Part shown: piece by piece, positions 52,631 through 63,059 of the stretch
Position numbering within the stretch: position 1 is the first letter of the stretch
Layout: each line of letters starts with the position of its first letter
IMG/VR virus record: IMGVR_UViG_3300022879_000001
DNA: 64,000 bases
Reading direction: 5' to 3' (one strand)
Source: an uncultured virus (IMG/VR IMGVR_UViG_3300022879_000001)
Lineage: Duplodnaviria > Heunggongvirae > Uroviricota > Caudoviricetes
Program-made: the position numbers and the translations under genes
Notes under the pieces: generated by a model
The model's input: only the letters and a program-made list of their open reading frames with translations
Database searches by the model: none
What the model was told of the DNA's origin: nothing

Positions 52631-52852
52631 ATGAAAGAATTTTTCGAAGTGTATGATAAATGGAAGTTTAAGAAAGGATTTAAATTAGAAATTTATCATT
52701 CAGGTATTATGGATTACTGCTTGATTATAGTTTTAAAATCAAATGAATCTAATCCAATCATAAATATTCAAGATAGTGATTATGAACTGTTGTTTGCAAA
52801 AGGTCAGGTTGCTCTTAAAGAATGGCTACTGGAATATAACGAAGGTTATTAA
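52631..52852 (+). CDS. hypothetical protein
   Basis: AGGAGG RBS. Confidence 0.65.
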   Translation: MKEFFEVYDKWKFKKGFKLEIYHSGIMDYCLIIVLKSNESNPIINIQDSDYELLFAKGQVALKEWLLEYNEGY

Positions 52853-52910
52853 TTAATATCAGCATTTTATGAAATTATTTTAAAACATGTAATTTAAGGA
52901 GTTTATAATA

Positions 52911-53180
52911 ATGTACGACTATGAAGATTTGAAAAGCGAAGAAAAAAACGATAATCCAGAGGAATTTTATATTAATGAGATGGTGGGTAAAATTAGGTCT
53001 TATCGTATTCATCGAGATATATCTCAACGTGAGCTATCTAGGATATCAGGAGTTACACAAAATATTATTTCCCGTATGGAGAATGGAACAAGAACACCTC
53101 AATTTCAAACACTAGTAAAATTAATTGATGCATTAGACTTGGAGCTAACTCTAAGTATAAAACCGAAAAATAAGCAATAA
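52911..53180 (+). CDS. XRE-family HTH regulator
   Basis: RDISQRELSRISGVTQNIISRMENGTRTPQFQTL. Confidence 0.88.
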   Translation: MYDYEDLKSEEKNDNPEEFYINEMVGKIRSYRIHRDISQRELSRISGVTQNIISRMENGTRTPQFQTLVKLIDALDLELTLSIKPKNKQ

Positions 53181-53250
53181 TATGAAAGCTTAAGTTAGTT
53201 TTAGGACAGTTATATCTTGATTTGAATAAGGAAGAAGAGGAGAGTCAACA

Positions 53251-53853
53251 ATGGATAAAACAACATTTGATATGATTAAAAAATTTCATAGTATAGAAAA
53301 TGATATTTATTATAAATTATGCGAAAGAGGTATGGATTCTAGTGAAGTAGAAGGTATACTACATGATTCAGGTGATTATTACTCACAGCTATTAAGATTA
53401 GGGAAATATTCTGTTGAAGAAGAATGCGTAAATAAGGAAACATATATTCAAGAACCATACGAAGATATCGAAAGATATATTAAGTTATATGTGATTTACG
53501 AGTATGATAATGGAATGGCTTTATGTGAGACTACATCTGGTTCAATTTGTTTAGTTCCACAGCGACATTTAGCTTGTTTTAACGAAGAAGAAAATACAGA
53601 TGATGAAGAGTATGATGAATATGAAGATGACGAAGAAAAAGAAGCTGAAATTTTAATTTCAAAATTAGAGGTTGATAGTGAATATGTAGTCAGCTACCTT
53701 GATTTAAAAATTGATAAATTTAAGCATTTATTCTTTGATTCTAAAGAAAAAGCTGTAGCTGTATATAAGGAAGTAAAAGCTAATAAAGACTGTATGTCTG
53801 AAATGATTCAGAGTAAAAAAGAATATGAAAAAGATGAATTAGGAATTGATTAA
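53251..53853 (+). CDS. acidic hypothetical protein
   Basis: GAGGAG RBS, 200 aa. Confidence 0.65.
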   Translation: MDKTTFDMIKKFHSIENDIYYKLCERGMDSSEVEGILHDSGDYYSQLLRLGKYSVEEECVNKETYIQEPYEDIERYIKLYVIYEYDNGMALCETTSGSICLVPQRHLACFNEEENTDDEEYDEYEDDEEKEAEILISKLEVDSEYVVSYLDLKIDKFKHLFFDSKEKAVAVYKEVKANKDCMSEMIQSKKEYEKDELGID

Positions 53854-53892
53854 GATTAAAAGTATTTTATTAAGTGGATAGGGAGATATTTC

Positions 53893-54276
53893 ATGAAAAA
53901 TATCGGATTTGGAGTTAGCGATGATTATCTAAGTCAGTTTCAAAAACATTCAACAGAAGGGTATATTACTTCGTACACTTTAGAGATAGACTTTTTCGAT
54001 GAAGCAGAAGTAATCGGTGTTATTAATGTGATTTTTGACATAATTGGATATGGAATAGAGGGTTTTGATGGGGGTATTGATATTTCATATAAAGTTATGT
54101 ATTTTCAAGATCCAGTAAACAAAAAAGATTATCTAGACGATAACGAGGCTTTCATTTATATTTTCTCAAACTATGGAAACGATATAATGACTGTAGTTGA
54201 CTTAGCTTATGATGCTTTAGACGATTTTTATACAAAAAGTACGCCATTGAGTCAATTCGCAAAGCATTTCAAATAA
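53893..54276 (+). CDS. acidic hypothetical protein
   Basis: GGGAG RBS; D/E-rich. Confidence 0.65.
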   Translation: MKNIGFGVSDDYLSQFQKHSTEGYITSYTLEIDFFDEAEVIGVINVIFDIIGYGIEGFDGGIDISYKVMYFQDPVNKKDYLDDNEAFIYIFSNYGNDIMTVVDLAYDALDDFYTKSTPLSQFAKHFK

Positions 54277-54314
54277 CATAAAACAGCGATTTTACAGAAA
54301 GTAAGGAGATTTGT

Positions 54315-54560
54315 ATGAAAGAAATTATTTCAAAATCAAAAGCACTACAACTAATTCAAAATGGTACAGTTGTTAAATCTACTTTAGAAGACGGTACACT
54401 TGAAATTAAAAGAGTTAAAAAAGGTATTTATGAAGTAAGTATTGTATCAGATGAAGAGATTGATGGTGAAAATAATCATATTTATCTAGGAGATTTTACA
54501 GGCTTAATGAAAAGTATTAATGGTATTTTAGGAAAAAGTGGATTGTATATTGAAAAATAA
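54315..54560 (+). CDS. hypothetical protein
   Basis: AAGGAG RBS. Confidence 0.6.
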   Translation: MKEIISKSKALQLIQNGTVVKSTLEDGTLEIKRVKKGIYEVSIVSDEEIDGENNHIYLGDFTGLMKSINGILGKSGLYIEK

Positions 54561-54578
54561 AATCGAGGTGAAGGCTAT

Positions 54579-55109
54579 ATGAATACAAAAGAAAAGGCAG
54601 CAAAAGAAATTTTCGAATTTATAGAATCTAATAAGGAATGTCTACTTCTAACTGGCACTCATATGTTTAAGAAACATGAATTACTAGTGTCTATATTAAA
54701 TAAGATACCTAATAAAAATATATTGTTTCGTACCAATGCTATGAAAAATTTAGGCACTTTTCTTAAAGCCAATACACAGTTTAAATCAGGCGTAGCCTAC
54801 TCAGTTGTTAATAATATCAATTATTATTTCGATTCAATTGATATTAAGACTTGGAATAGGTCTCCGTATGATATAGATTTTGCTATAGTCTATCCAGTAA
54901 GTTCAATATTAAGTAAAGGTTTATATATTAAGGTACTGAAGGATTTGCAAGAAAGAGGAGCTAAAAAGATATTTTTCGTAAGTTGTCAAGAGACGTATGA
55001 TTTCTCGATTCTAGATAACTATATTGATCAAAAAGTAATTTATGATGTTGAAGAAGAGGATATAGAATATCACAATAGGGTACTTGAAGGTAAAAATAGA
55101 ATAAAATGA
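54579..55109 (+). CDS. hypothetical protein, degenerate P-loop-like fold
   Basis: CLLLTGTHMFKKH resembles a diverged Walker A region. Confidence 0.55.
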   Translation: MNTKEKAAKEIFEFIESNKECLLLTGTHMFKKHELLVSILNKIPNKNILFRTNAMKNLGTFLKANTQFKSGVAYSVVNNINYYFDSIDIKTWNRSPYDIDFAIVYPVSSILSKGLYIKVLKDLQERGAKKIFFVSCQETYDFSILDNYIDQKVIYDVEEEDIEYHNRVLEGKNRIK

Positions 55110-55138
55110 AGTTATTATTGAAAATGGGAGATGATAAT

Positions 55139-55363
55139 ATGAAACTAAAAGTTGGGGATGTGGTAAGAAAACCAACAGGGCTTTTTGTAGTAACTGATAT
55201 ATCGAAAGAGAAAGGAGTTAAATTTGAAGACTTCAAAAATTACATTAACAACAATTATTATATTGAATTTAACGGAGATCGGCTTTCACTGAATGAAATT
55301 AATGAGATATTATGTGAAGAGTATTTGACACTTGGCAAGAAGACAGTTATTGAAATTGACTAA
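55139..55363 (+). CDS. hypothetical protein (start MKLKVGDVV)
   Basis: GGGAG RBS before the ATG at 55139. Confidence 0.6.
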   Translation: MKLKVGDVVRKPTGLFVVTDISKEKGVKFEDFKNYINNNYYIEFNGDRLSLNEINEILCEEYLTLGKKTVIEID

Positions 55364-55415
55364 TGAAAATGATTGATAATATAGAACTATTATTAAATAT
55401 TGGAGGAATGGAATT

Positions 55416-55676
55416 ATGAAAACAGTATCAAGTATTAAATTATTGGAATTTGCAGATTCTTATGTGCAAGATGGAGTGCTAATTAAGTGGAGATGGTTTG
55501 ATGTTGATCCAAATTCAATGGAGTATAAATTAGAAGAGAAACGCTTTAAAAAGTCTGAGCTAACTAGTGACGATATTGAATACATGAAGACAAGAGGTAA
55601 TTTAGTAGTGGAAGTGAATGGTGAAACAGAACTATTTAACTTTGATGAAGAACGTTTAGAGAAATTGAAAATGTGA
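55416..55676 (+). CDS. hypothetical protein
   Basis: GGAGG RBS. Confidence 0.6.
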   Translation: MKTVSSIKLLEFADSYVQDGVLIKWRWFDVDPNSMEYKLEEKRFKKSELTSDDIEYMKTRGNLVVEVNGETELFNFDEERLEKLKM

Positions 55677-55715
55677 CCGTATAAAACACATCTATTATTG
55701 AAAGAGGGAAATCAT

Positions 55716-56075
55716 TTGTTTCATGAACGATTAAAAAAGTTAAGAGAACAAGAAAATATTAGTCGTGAACATTTAGCTGATTTATTGAGCATTACATACT
55801 CTGCATTATCTAAATATGAAACTGGAAAAAGAGAACCTGATTTTAAATTGTTACAAAAAATAGCAAACTATTTCAATGTAACAATCGATTATTTGCTTTG
55901 CAATACAGAAGAGAGTATGAAACCTATACAACAAGATAATGGTATGGTTTGCTTCCAAGTATCTAATAACAATCCTGAATTACAAGAATTTTATAATGAA
56001 TTGGCTGCTTCAGATGAGGAGACAGTCAAACATTTACGAGGTATATGGGAAATTATGAAACAAATTAAGAAATAG
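55716..56075 (+). CDS. XRE/ImmR-like HTH repressor
   Basis: RLKKLREQENISREHLADLLSITYSALSKYETGKREPD; GAGGG RBS before the TTG at 55716. Confidence 0.88.
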   Translation: MFHERLKKLREQENISREHLADLLSITYSALSKYETGKREPDFKLLQKIANYFNVTIDYLLCNTEESMKPIQQDNGMVCFQVSNNNPELQEFYNELAASDEETVKHLRGIWEIMKQIKK

Positions 56076-56121
56076 CTTTATAATTATTAGAATAAAAATG
56101 CTTAACAAGGAGGATTTTTAA

Positions 56122-56472
56122 ATGGAACAAGCAACTAAATTTTTTCAAGATTTTAATACTGGGTTAAAGGAAATAACTAACATTTCTAATGAAATTAAAG
56201 ACTGGTTTTCAAATGTGGATGTTTCAAATTTGGATGAACCAAAAGCAAGGGATTATTTATCAAACCATTTCGCAAAAGAGAATGAAACATTATCTACTAC
56301 AGATTCTAGTTTATGGTATGAATCAAAAGAAAATTTAGGCTTAACGTGGAAATATTATCATGTAAACAATGAGTATGCATTCATTGTGGATGGTTATTAT
56401 TTTGACGATAACGAGAACTTAAAGAGTAAGTTTCACGAAGCAGAAGGTTGGAAAGTGGTACCTTATATCTAA
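56122..56472 (+). CDS. hypothetical protein
   Basis: AGGAGG RBS. Confidence 0.65.
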   Translation: MEQATKFFQDFNTGLKEITNISNEIKDWFSNVDVSNLDEPKARDYLSNHFAKENETLSTTDSSLWYESKENLGLTWKYYHVNNEYAFIVDGYYFDDNENLKSKFHEAEGWKVVPYI

Positions 56473-56570
56473 TTTGCTGACCAATGTGAGGAAGTTGCCA
56501 AAATGTAAGAAAGAGGGCAAAAACGTTGCAGAGAGTAAGCGAAAAAAAATGTACAGTAAGGAGAGAGAAC

Positions 56571-56744
56571 ATGCACTGTAAACAGTGTAACCGAAAATTC
56601 AAAGAGACAGATGAAATTGTACTGTCTACTATAAATGGCGAAGCTTATTTGCACACTGATTGTCATTATGATTGGTTAATCAGATGCGATTCACACGATT
56701 ACGTAACCTATGATGAAATGATGGGCGAAGTTGAAAAAGCGTAA
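56571..56744 (+). CDS. small Zn-binding protein (start MHCKQC)
   Basis: CKQC...HTDC; AGGAG RBS. Confidence 0.55.
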   Translation: MHCKQCNRKFKETDEIVLSTINGEAYLHTDCHYDWLIRCDSHDYVTYDEMMGEVEKA

Positions 56745-56788
56745 CTGCACAATATGAAAGAAAGCTTACACTATGAGGAGGATTATTT

Positions 56789-57319
56789 TTGATTGTATAC
56801 ACTGTTCAACCTGAATTTATTTATAAGAAAATTCGTGAGCAAGGATACTTAGAAGGAGATAAAAAATTTGCTATGTTTCCAGAAGCCTACGATTGGATGG
56901 TAGATCAAATGGAAAAGCGCATAGTTAATTGTAAAATGGAAAATAACCCTATATGGTTATGGCAAAGAAAACCAAGCGGAAATGAAAAAGCACTTGCAAC
57001 AAAAGGAGAAAGATGGGTTATTTTAAAATTAGATGTTCCAGAAGATAAAATTTTATGGACATCATTCGATGATTGGCATTCCATTCTAAATAATAATCCA
57101 ATAACTTATAATGAAAAAGAATGGGATTCTTTTAACGAAAGAGGATTTACAAAGGAAGAAGTTTCAAAAACTTGGGATCGATTATTTGACCATGAGTGGT
57201 TAGCAAGTAGACCAACTGAATGGGCAGGTAATTATAACGAGCATTGGATGCAAGGTGTTACTCAACGAATTACAATGGAACAAGTTAAGAAAGTTACACG
57301 CTTTATAGGCAAAGGATAA
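56789..57319 (+). CDS. DUF3841-like protein
   Basis: AYDWMVDQM...PIWLW...SFDDWHSILNN. Confidence 0.7.
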   Translation: MIVYTVQPEFIYKKIREQGYLEGDKKFAMFPEAYDWMVDQMEKRIVNCKMENNPIWLWQRKPSGNEKALATKGERWVILKLDVPEDKILWTSFDDWHSILNNNPITYNEKEWDSFNERGFTKEEVSKTWDRLFDHEWLASRPTEWAGNYNEHWMQGVTQRITMEQVKKVTRFIGKG

Positions 57320-57423
57320 TGGTTGAAATTCTTAATTCTTATAAAAAGAATTGGTTGTAAGGCAAAATAAGAATGGAGGTATTCTGTGTTTTAATAAACA
57401 ATATACATAAAGGTTGAATTGAA

Positions 57424-58044
57424 ATGAAAGAGAATAATAAAATATGGCTGCAAGTACCAACTGAAATTGTTAGAAATATTGGATTTAAAATTGATGAGAA
57501 GTCTTTTGCTGTTTATGCATTTTTACTTTTTAAGAAGTTTAAAGCATTTAATATTAGTGAAATAGACGTTTTACTTAAAGATATAAAAGTTGTAACAGGA
57601 ATTACTGATAATAGGACTATTAAGAAATGTTTTTTGAATCTACATAATCAAGGGCTAATTATGAATAAAATTGATAAATTACCTATTAATAATCCTCTAC
57701 AAATTACAATGTTAAAACCTTATAAAGATGACTTTTTTACACAAATGCCATTAAATTTAATCAAATCAATTGATAGTATAGGTTTAATTGGATTTAGATT
57801 AATGTACTATTATGAGTCTTATATAAACAGGAACGACATGGCAAAGCTATTTTGTTATCCAAGTTATGAAACTATTCAAATTGATTTAGGAATAAGTAAT
57901 TTCTCTGTAACAAAGTACAATAAAATGTTAGTAAAAGAAAAGCTAATTACTATTACTAAACACAAAGCAGAATATGATCCATTTGGAGATTGCGGATTAG
58001 AGAAGTTTAATAACCATTATAGTGTCAATCTACATAAAATATAG
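57424..58044 (+). CDS. tandem winged-HTH protein (replication-initiator-like)
   Basis: Two wHTH units; CYPSYETIQIDLGIS motif. Confidence 0.65.
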   Translation: MKENNKIWLQVPTEIVRNIGFKIDEKSFAVYAFLLFKKFKAFNISEIDVLLKDIKVVTGITDNRTIKKCFLNLHNQGLIMNKIDKLPINNPLQITMLKPYKDDFFTQMPLNLIKSIDSIGLIGFRLMYYYESYINRNDMAKLFCYPSYETIQIDLGISNFSVTKYNKMLVKEKLITITKHKAEYDPFGDCGLEKFNNHYSVNLHKI

Positions 58045-58410
58045 AAACCTAAAAAGGAAGAAAATAAAGGATAATTAACACGATTAGAATTTTACCTGAA
58101 AAGGTGAAATTATGAATCGTAAATACTGTATATTATGTATCTTATATATTATTCTTTATATACAAAGATTTATGCAACCTTTGCTAGTAATTCGCTTTAT
58201 GAGATATGGTAATTGAACTAGGCAATAGTTGCATTTGGCTTTACTAATGAATTAACGCTTATTTAATTCATAGAGAGCTCCAATTTATTTGATATATAAA
58301 GTGTGCTGAATAGTAATAAAACGTCTAAAATCAATTGGAAATTATATTAAAAGTTAAATAAAAGATAAATATTATCAAACCAATACATAATCAAGAATAG
58401 GTGAATTATT

Positions 58411-58818
58411 ATGAGTGGTAAAATTAAAGTAAATAAAGACATAAAAAATGCATTAGATGGTCTCATCTTTAAAGGTGAAGAAATCATATCTGAGAGAACT
58501 AAAAAGAAACGCATAGAAAACATTATTCAGTGTCATGCAAAATACGGGCATTGGAATGGTTATAAACAATTGAATAATTTAACATTAATAGAATTAACGA
58601 AAATGTTGATTAATGGATATGAAGTTGAGCCGTCACTAGAAGAAAAATTAGTTAAACATTTCTCTGACCATAAAGAAATAGTAAAATTTTATGATGGAAA
58701 GAAAGAGTTAGATAAATGTGAAATTGAACAATATAACTTTTCTAGAGGGTATGTTACTGCATATGAAGATTTACTGTCAGGAAAAGTGGACTTAAATAAG
58801 ATTAAAATCACTAAATAA
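58411..58818 (+). CDS. hypothetical protein (DUF1642-like segment)
   Basis: LTKMLINGYEVE motif; AGGTG RBS. Confidence 0.6.
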   Translation: MSGKIKVNKDIKNALDGLIFKGEEIISERTKKKRIENIIQCHAKYGHWNGYKQLNNLTLIELTKMLINGYEVEPSLEEKLVKHFSDHKEIVKFYDGKKELDKCEIEQYNFSRGYVTAYEDLLSGKVDLNKIKITK

Positions 58819-58863
58819 AAACTGAATATTACGGAATGGACACTAATATAAGGAGTAAGATAT

Positions 58864-59184
58864 ATGACAATAATAGTAAATGTTAATGATTTAAAGAGAT
58901 TATCTGAAAATTTCTATTTAACGGTGGAGTCACAATTAACCGATGAGATATTAGAAAAATGCAAAGAGTATGCTTCAAATGGTCTTTATCGTTATTATCA
59001 TAAATTTGAAGATTCAGTGGAACAAAATGAAATATTAATTGTTAAGAAAAAGCTAGAATCAATGGGTTTTACAGTTGAAAGCAGAATCATGTCTTATCCT
59101 AAAACAAAAGTACGTTGGTATACTCGTATGAAAAATGTAGAATATCATAATGACAAAGTAATGACAGTTACTTGGAGTGATTAA
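58864..59184 (+). CDS. hypothetical protein
   Basis: AAGGAG RBS. Confidence 0.6.
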   Translation: MTIIVNVNDLKRLSENFYLTVESQLTDEILEKCKEYASNGLYRYYHKFEDSVEQNEILIVKKKLESMGFTVESRIMSYPKTKVRWYTRMKNVEYHNDKVMTVTWSD

Positions 59185-59252
59185 ATAAAAGTGATTTTTT
59201 TTATTATAAAAAATACATATAACTAAAAAGATAAAAGGGGTAAGCTATACAT

Positions 59253-59480
59253 ATGATGAAAAAGATTACATTTACAATGTCTGTTATTTATGACGAAGAA
59301 GACATTAACGCCAATAACGCATTGGATGCTATTGAGCATGAAATATTTAATATTGAAGGTGTTAAACAATGGGATGTAGATGATCAGAATGTAGTAATTG
59401 AAAATATAGAGGTTGAATATGACGATGAAGAAGAATATGACTTTCACCAAGAGGACTATGTTATACACAATGAAGATTAA
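59253..59480 (+). CDS. very acidic small protein
   Basis: 75 aa, about one third D/E. Confidence 0.6.
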   Translation: MMKKITFTMSVIYDEEDINANNALDAIEHEIFNIEGVKQWDVDDQNVVIENIEVEYDDEEEYDFHQEDYVIHNED

Positions 59481-59537
59481 TTAATATGTTCATTTTATGA
59501 AATAAAAATATTGTACAGAACTGAAAGGGTGGAGGAA

Positions 59538-59978
59538 ATGGCATTTGAAGTATGGAAATGCGTAGAGAAAGATTGTAAAGGATTTGTTGTATTCGATAAT
59601 GCAGATTTTGATTTTAATAACATCCCAATACTAGATGGCATTTATGCATTTTATGATCCGTCTTGTACTGAATGTGGTAAGGAATATAAAGTTGTTCCAC
59701 ATTACACTGTAGTAACGGCAGAGGACGAATTTAAAGAAGCTACTAGTACATGTATAACTAAATTTGAGAAACGAGAACAAGAGCGTAAATTCGAAAACGA
59801 AACAGTTCCTTATTTCAAGGTGGAGAAATTTATCCAATTACGAGGATATTCTTACTCAGTAGATTCTGTTATGAATGGGTATCGTGCAAAACAACGAGGT
59901 GAATACATCAGTTATACAATGAAAGATTGTGTAAATAATTTGGAAAAGGAATTACAAGAGTTAGTAGGTATTTGCTAA
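59538..59978 (+). CDS. Zn-finger hypothetical protein (start MAFEVWKC)
   Basis: CVEKDC...CTEC; GGTGGAGG upstream. Confidence 0.6.
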   Translation: MAFEVWKCVEKDCKGFVVFDNADFDFNNIPILDGIYAFYDPSCTECGKEYKVVPHYTVVTAEDEFKEATSTCITKFEKREQERKFENETVPYFKVEKFIQLRGYSYSVDSVMNGYRAKQRGEYISYTMKDCVNNLEKELQELVGIC

Positions 59979-60083
59979 ATGGATAAATAAAAGATTCGTA
60001 TTATGAAATGGTTTGTGGAATATTGGAAAAACAAATAGTAGCTTGATATAATTGGTATAAAAATATAGGAAGGTTGTTGTTTT

Positions 60084-61298
60084 TTGTACTATAAAGAGGA
60101 AAACTTATTCTTTAAAGGGGATTTATATAATTTTTTAGAAATGAAAAAGCGAGAGATTAAAAATCACATTGAATCTGAAGAAGAGAACTATATTTTAAAT
60201 ATAGGTCAAGAGCAATTCATAGATTATTTAATAAAAAAATTTAAAATAGATACTATAGAGATACTAGAAGGCGGAATATATGGGGATGAGGTGGAGGAAT
60301 TAGTTACGTCTCTTTATGGAAACAGAACAAACTTAATTAAAAAGCCTGTAATATACTACAATATCCCTTTTAACGGTGATAAAAACCTATTACATTGCGT
60401 ACCATCGACATATTACAGTATCTTTCCAAAAGCTCATGTCGAAGAAGGAAAGATAATAAAGTACTTTGTAGTTTATGAAGATTATCAAACAGTTGAAAAC
60501 AATTTCCAAAAATTCAAAAATGATTTGATGGATTATGTTAGAAATGTTAATGCTGATTTAGAGGTATATAATTCTAATCTCCAAAATTTTATTTCAAATA
60601 TTTTCATAACGAGGAAAACTGAGTTCTTGAGAAGAATGGAATTAAAATCTGGATTATCTATTCCAATAAAAAAGAAATCAGGCGTCCCAAGTACTTTTTC
60701 TATACCTGATGTAAAAGTTAAAAAGAAAATATTTGTTAAACCAATTGAAACTGAAAGTAATTTTGCTCCTGATCCAACATTAGACGACAAAACTTATAAT
60801 GACATATTGAAAATAATAAATGATATGGGTAAAGAGTTTGAACGTAAACCTGCCGTTTATGGAAATAAAGGAGAAGAGGCATTGAGGGATCATTTCTTAG
60901 TGTTGTTAGAACCACACTTTGATGGTAGCGCTACTGGAGAAACATTTAACAAAAGTGGTAAAACAGACATTTTACTAAGATATGAAGGTGAAAATGTATT
61001 TGTTGGCGAGTGTAAATTTTGGACAGGTGAAAAAGGATTCTTACAAACGATTGACCAATTATTAGGATACTTAACTTGGAGAGATTCTAAGACTTCTGTG
61101 ATAATGTTTGTAAGGAATAAAGATATTACAAGCGTCATTGAGACAGCGAAAGAATCAATTCAAAAGCATGAAAACTTTATTAAGTTTGTGGATGAAAAAG
61201 ATGGTAGTTGGTTTAATTATATCTTCCACTTAAATGGAGATAAGAATAAAGAAATAAAAGTTGCAGTTATGCTTTATCATACACCAAAAGATGAGTAA
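60084..61298 (+). CDS. PD-(D/E)xK nuclease-domain protein, candidate defence moron
   Basis: C-terminal EEALRD...GKTDIL...GECKFW...DQLLGY; own promoter with TGATATAAT at 60044-60052. Confidence 0.7.
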   Translation: MYYKEENLFFKGDLYNFLEMKKREIKNHIESEEENYILNIGQEQFIDYLIKKFKIDTIEILEGGIYGDEVEELVTSLYGNRTNLIKKPVIYYNIPFNGDKNLLHCVPSTYYSIFPKAHVEEGKIIKYFVVYEDYQTVENNFQKFKNDLMDYVRNVNADLEVYNSNLQNFISNIFITRKTEFLRRMELKSGLSIPIKKKSGVPSTFSIPDVKVKKKIFVKPIETESNFAPDPTLDDKTYNDILKIINDMGKEFERKPAVYGNKGEEALRDHFLVLLEPHFDGSATGETFNKSGKTDILLRYEGENVFVGECKFWTGEKGFLQTIDQLLGYLTWRDSKTSVIMFVRNKDITSVIETAKESIQKHENFIKFVDEKDGSWFNYIFHLNGDKNKEIKVAVMLYHTPKDE

Positions 61299-61685
61299 TC
61301 AATTTAATACTCGTCTAAATAAGAGTATAGTATTAAGCAGGGTAGATTAATTTCTACTCTGTTTAATTAACAAAATACATAAATTATTATTGAATTAAAT
61401 GGATTGTGGTGTTAATATGACTATAAGAAGTAAACTACTACTAAAATTTAGGAGGTTTTAGAAATACATAATCATTGGACTTTCACACAAGCAGACGATA
61501 TCGAATGGGTACATGAAGCATTTTATAGCAAAATAGACGCTAGAGCAGAAGGAAAGAAAATGTTTAAAGGTAAAGACATTATAATAGGGCAGTTGAAGGA
61601 TCATGGAAATAGGTATGTTGTAGTAAATCAAGAAGTAATTAAAGTTAGTTAAAAGAACCGTTTTATAAAGAATAGGAGGTGTAAA

Positions 61686-61877
61686 ATGAATTATCAAGTG
61701 AAGTTAAAGGAAATCGATTTAAGGGAAGCTGTAAGAATAATGGATCGATTCACAGTGTTTTATAGCTATGAAATTGGCACTGGTGTGTTTTTACTAAACA
61801 AAGAAAACTTATCTACAGCAATTAATGGAGATGCAATCTATTTAACTCCTTATGGATGGTTAGAGTTAGAAGAATGA
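61686..61877 (+). CDS. hypothetical protein
   Basis: AGGAGGTG RBS. Confidence 0.6.
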   Translation: MNYQVKLKEIDLREAVRIMDRFTVFYSYEIGTGVFLLNKENLSTAINGDAIYLTPYGWLELEE

Positions 61878-61923
61878 TGTTTCATTGATAGAGGAGTTTT
61901 ATTGAAACTAAGGAGGATGAAAT

Positions 61924-62223
61924 ATGCGCAGCTCTAGTTTTAAAACAACAGAAGAAGTAATTGAGTATGCTAAGTCATTAGGAATGATGAAAGTCGAGTA
62001 TGATGATGGAATTTATTATGATTTATGTTTTGAATTTCACTCAGGATTAAGATTAGTCAATCATGATCCAGATATAAATTGTTGGATTTTACAATTCAAA
62101 GAAGATATATCTTATGCTCAAATTGTAAATACAAGCTTGGATTTTAAGGAAATCAGTATTGATGAATGTTTAAGCAGTGTGGTAAAAATTAAAGAGATTG
62201 TAGAATTAACTAATCTACAATAA
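61924..62223 (+). CDS. hypothetical protein
   Basis: AGGAGG RBS. Confidence 0.6.
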   Translation: MRSSSFKTTEEVIEYAKSLGMMKVEYDDGIYYDLCFEFHSGLRLVNHDPDINCWILQFKEDISYAQIVNTSLDFKEISIDECLSSVVKIKEIVELTNLQ

Positions 62224-62259
62224 ATTATTTAATTAAATAATAAAAGGAGAAAATACATA

Positions 62260-62532
62260 ATGGAACGAAAATTAGTATTAGTTGGAATGTTAGGATTTAC
62301 AGTTTTATTTGGATGTAGTCAGAGTGATGAGGGGAATGTAAGTGCTAGTGATCAAGGTGAGATGAATGTAATGTCAGTAGATAGAGTACACAATGGAGAA
62401 GCAGTTATACTTAAACATAAAGATACAGGTTGCTACTATACATATGTCAGAGGTACTGGCAGTAGTACATCTTCTGCTCCAACTCAGATGATGCTTGTAA
62501 AAGAAGGTGTAGTTGTTCCGTATTGTGATTAA
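62260..62532 (+). CDS. small lipoprotein (DUF6440-like)
   Basis: Lipobox LFGC; ILKHKDTGCYY motif. Confidence 0.65.
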   Translation: MERKLVLVGMLGFTVLFGCSQSDEGNVSASDQGEMNVMSVDRVHNGEAVILKHKDTGCYYTYVRGTGSSTSSAPTQMMLVKEGVVVPYCD

Positions 62533-62780
62533 TTAAATAAATTGATTCTATTATCTAAAGTAAAAATTACACAAATGAAATGAGGAGTTAAATTTAAACA
62601 TTAATAAACAAGAGATTTTTGAAAAAGCTATGGAAGAAGCATCTAAAGTTTTAGGAGCTGACCCTGCGTATTTCGGTGAAGAAGGAAAAGAAGAAGTTGA
62701 GAAACAATTAATTAAAATGGGGTATACACTAGATGAATTAAGAGAGAATTAAAATAGATAGAAAAAGGGGAGTTGTTTAG

Positions 62781-63059
62781 ATGGAATTTAAATTCGAAGA
62801 AGCAGTTTCACGAGGTAGCGTATTTAAAACATTACAAAAACAATATGTAGAATTAGACTCTACTCAGAAAAAGATAATCGACAAACTGTTGATGAGCTTT
62901 AACTATTCTGAAGAATCTACTGAAATACTTAACTCGATTATTGAGTTAGTTGCTATTACAAATTATCATCTTGGTGCGGATCGTCAGAAAGATGCTTTAA
63001 TTGAAAATGCAAAACGCAAAATAGAGGAACTAGAGCATACTTATATTAATCGAGGTTAA
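62781..63059 (+). CDS. hypothetical protein
   Basis: GGGGAG RBS. Confidence 0.6.
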   Translation: MEFKFEEAVSRGSVFKTLQKQYVELDSTQKKIIDKLLMSFNYSEESTEILNSIIELVAITNYHLGADRQKDALIENAKRKIEELEHTYINRG

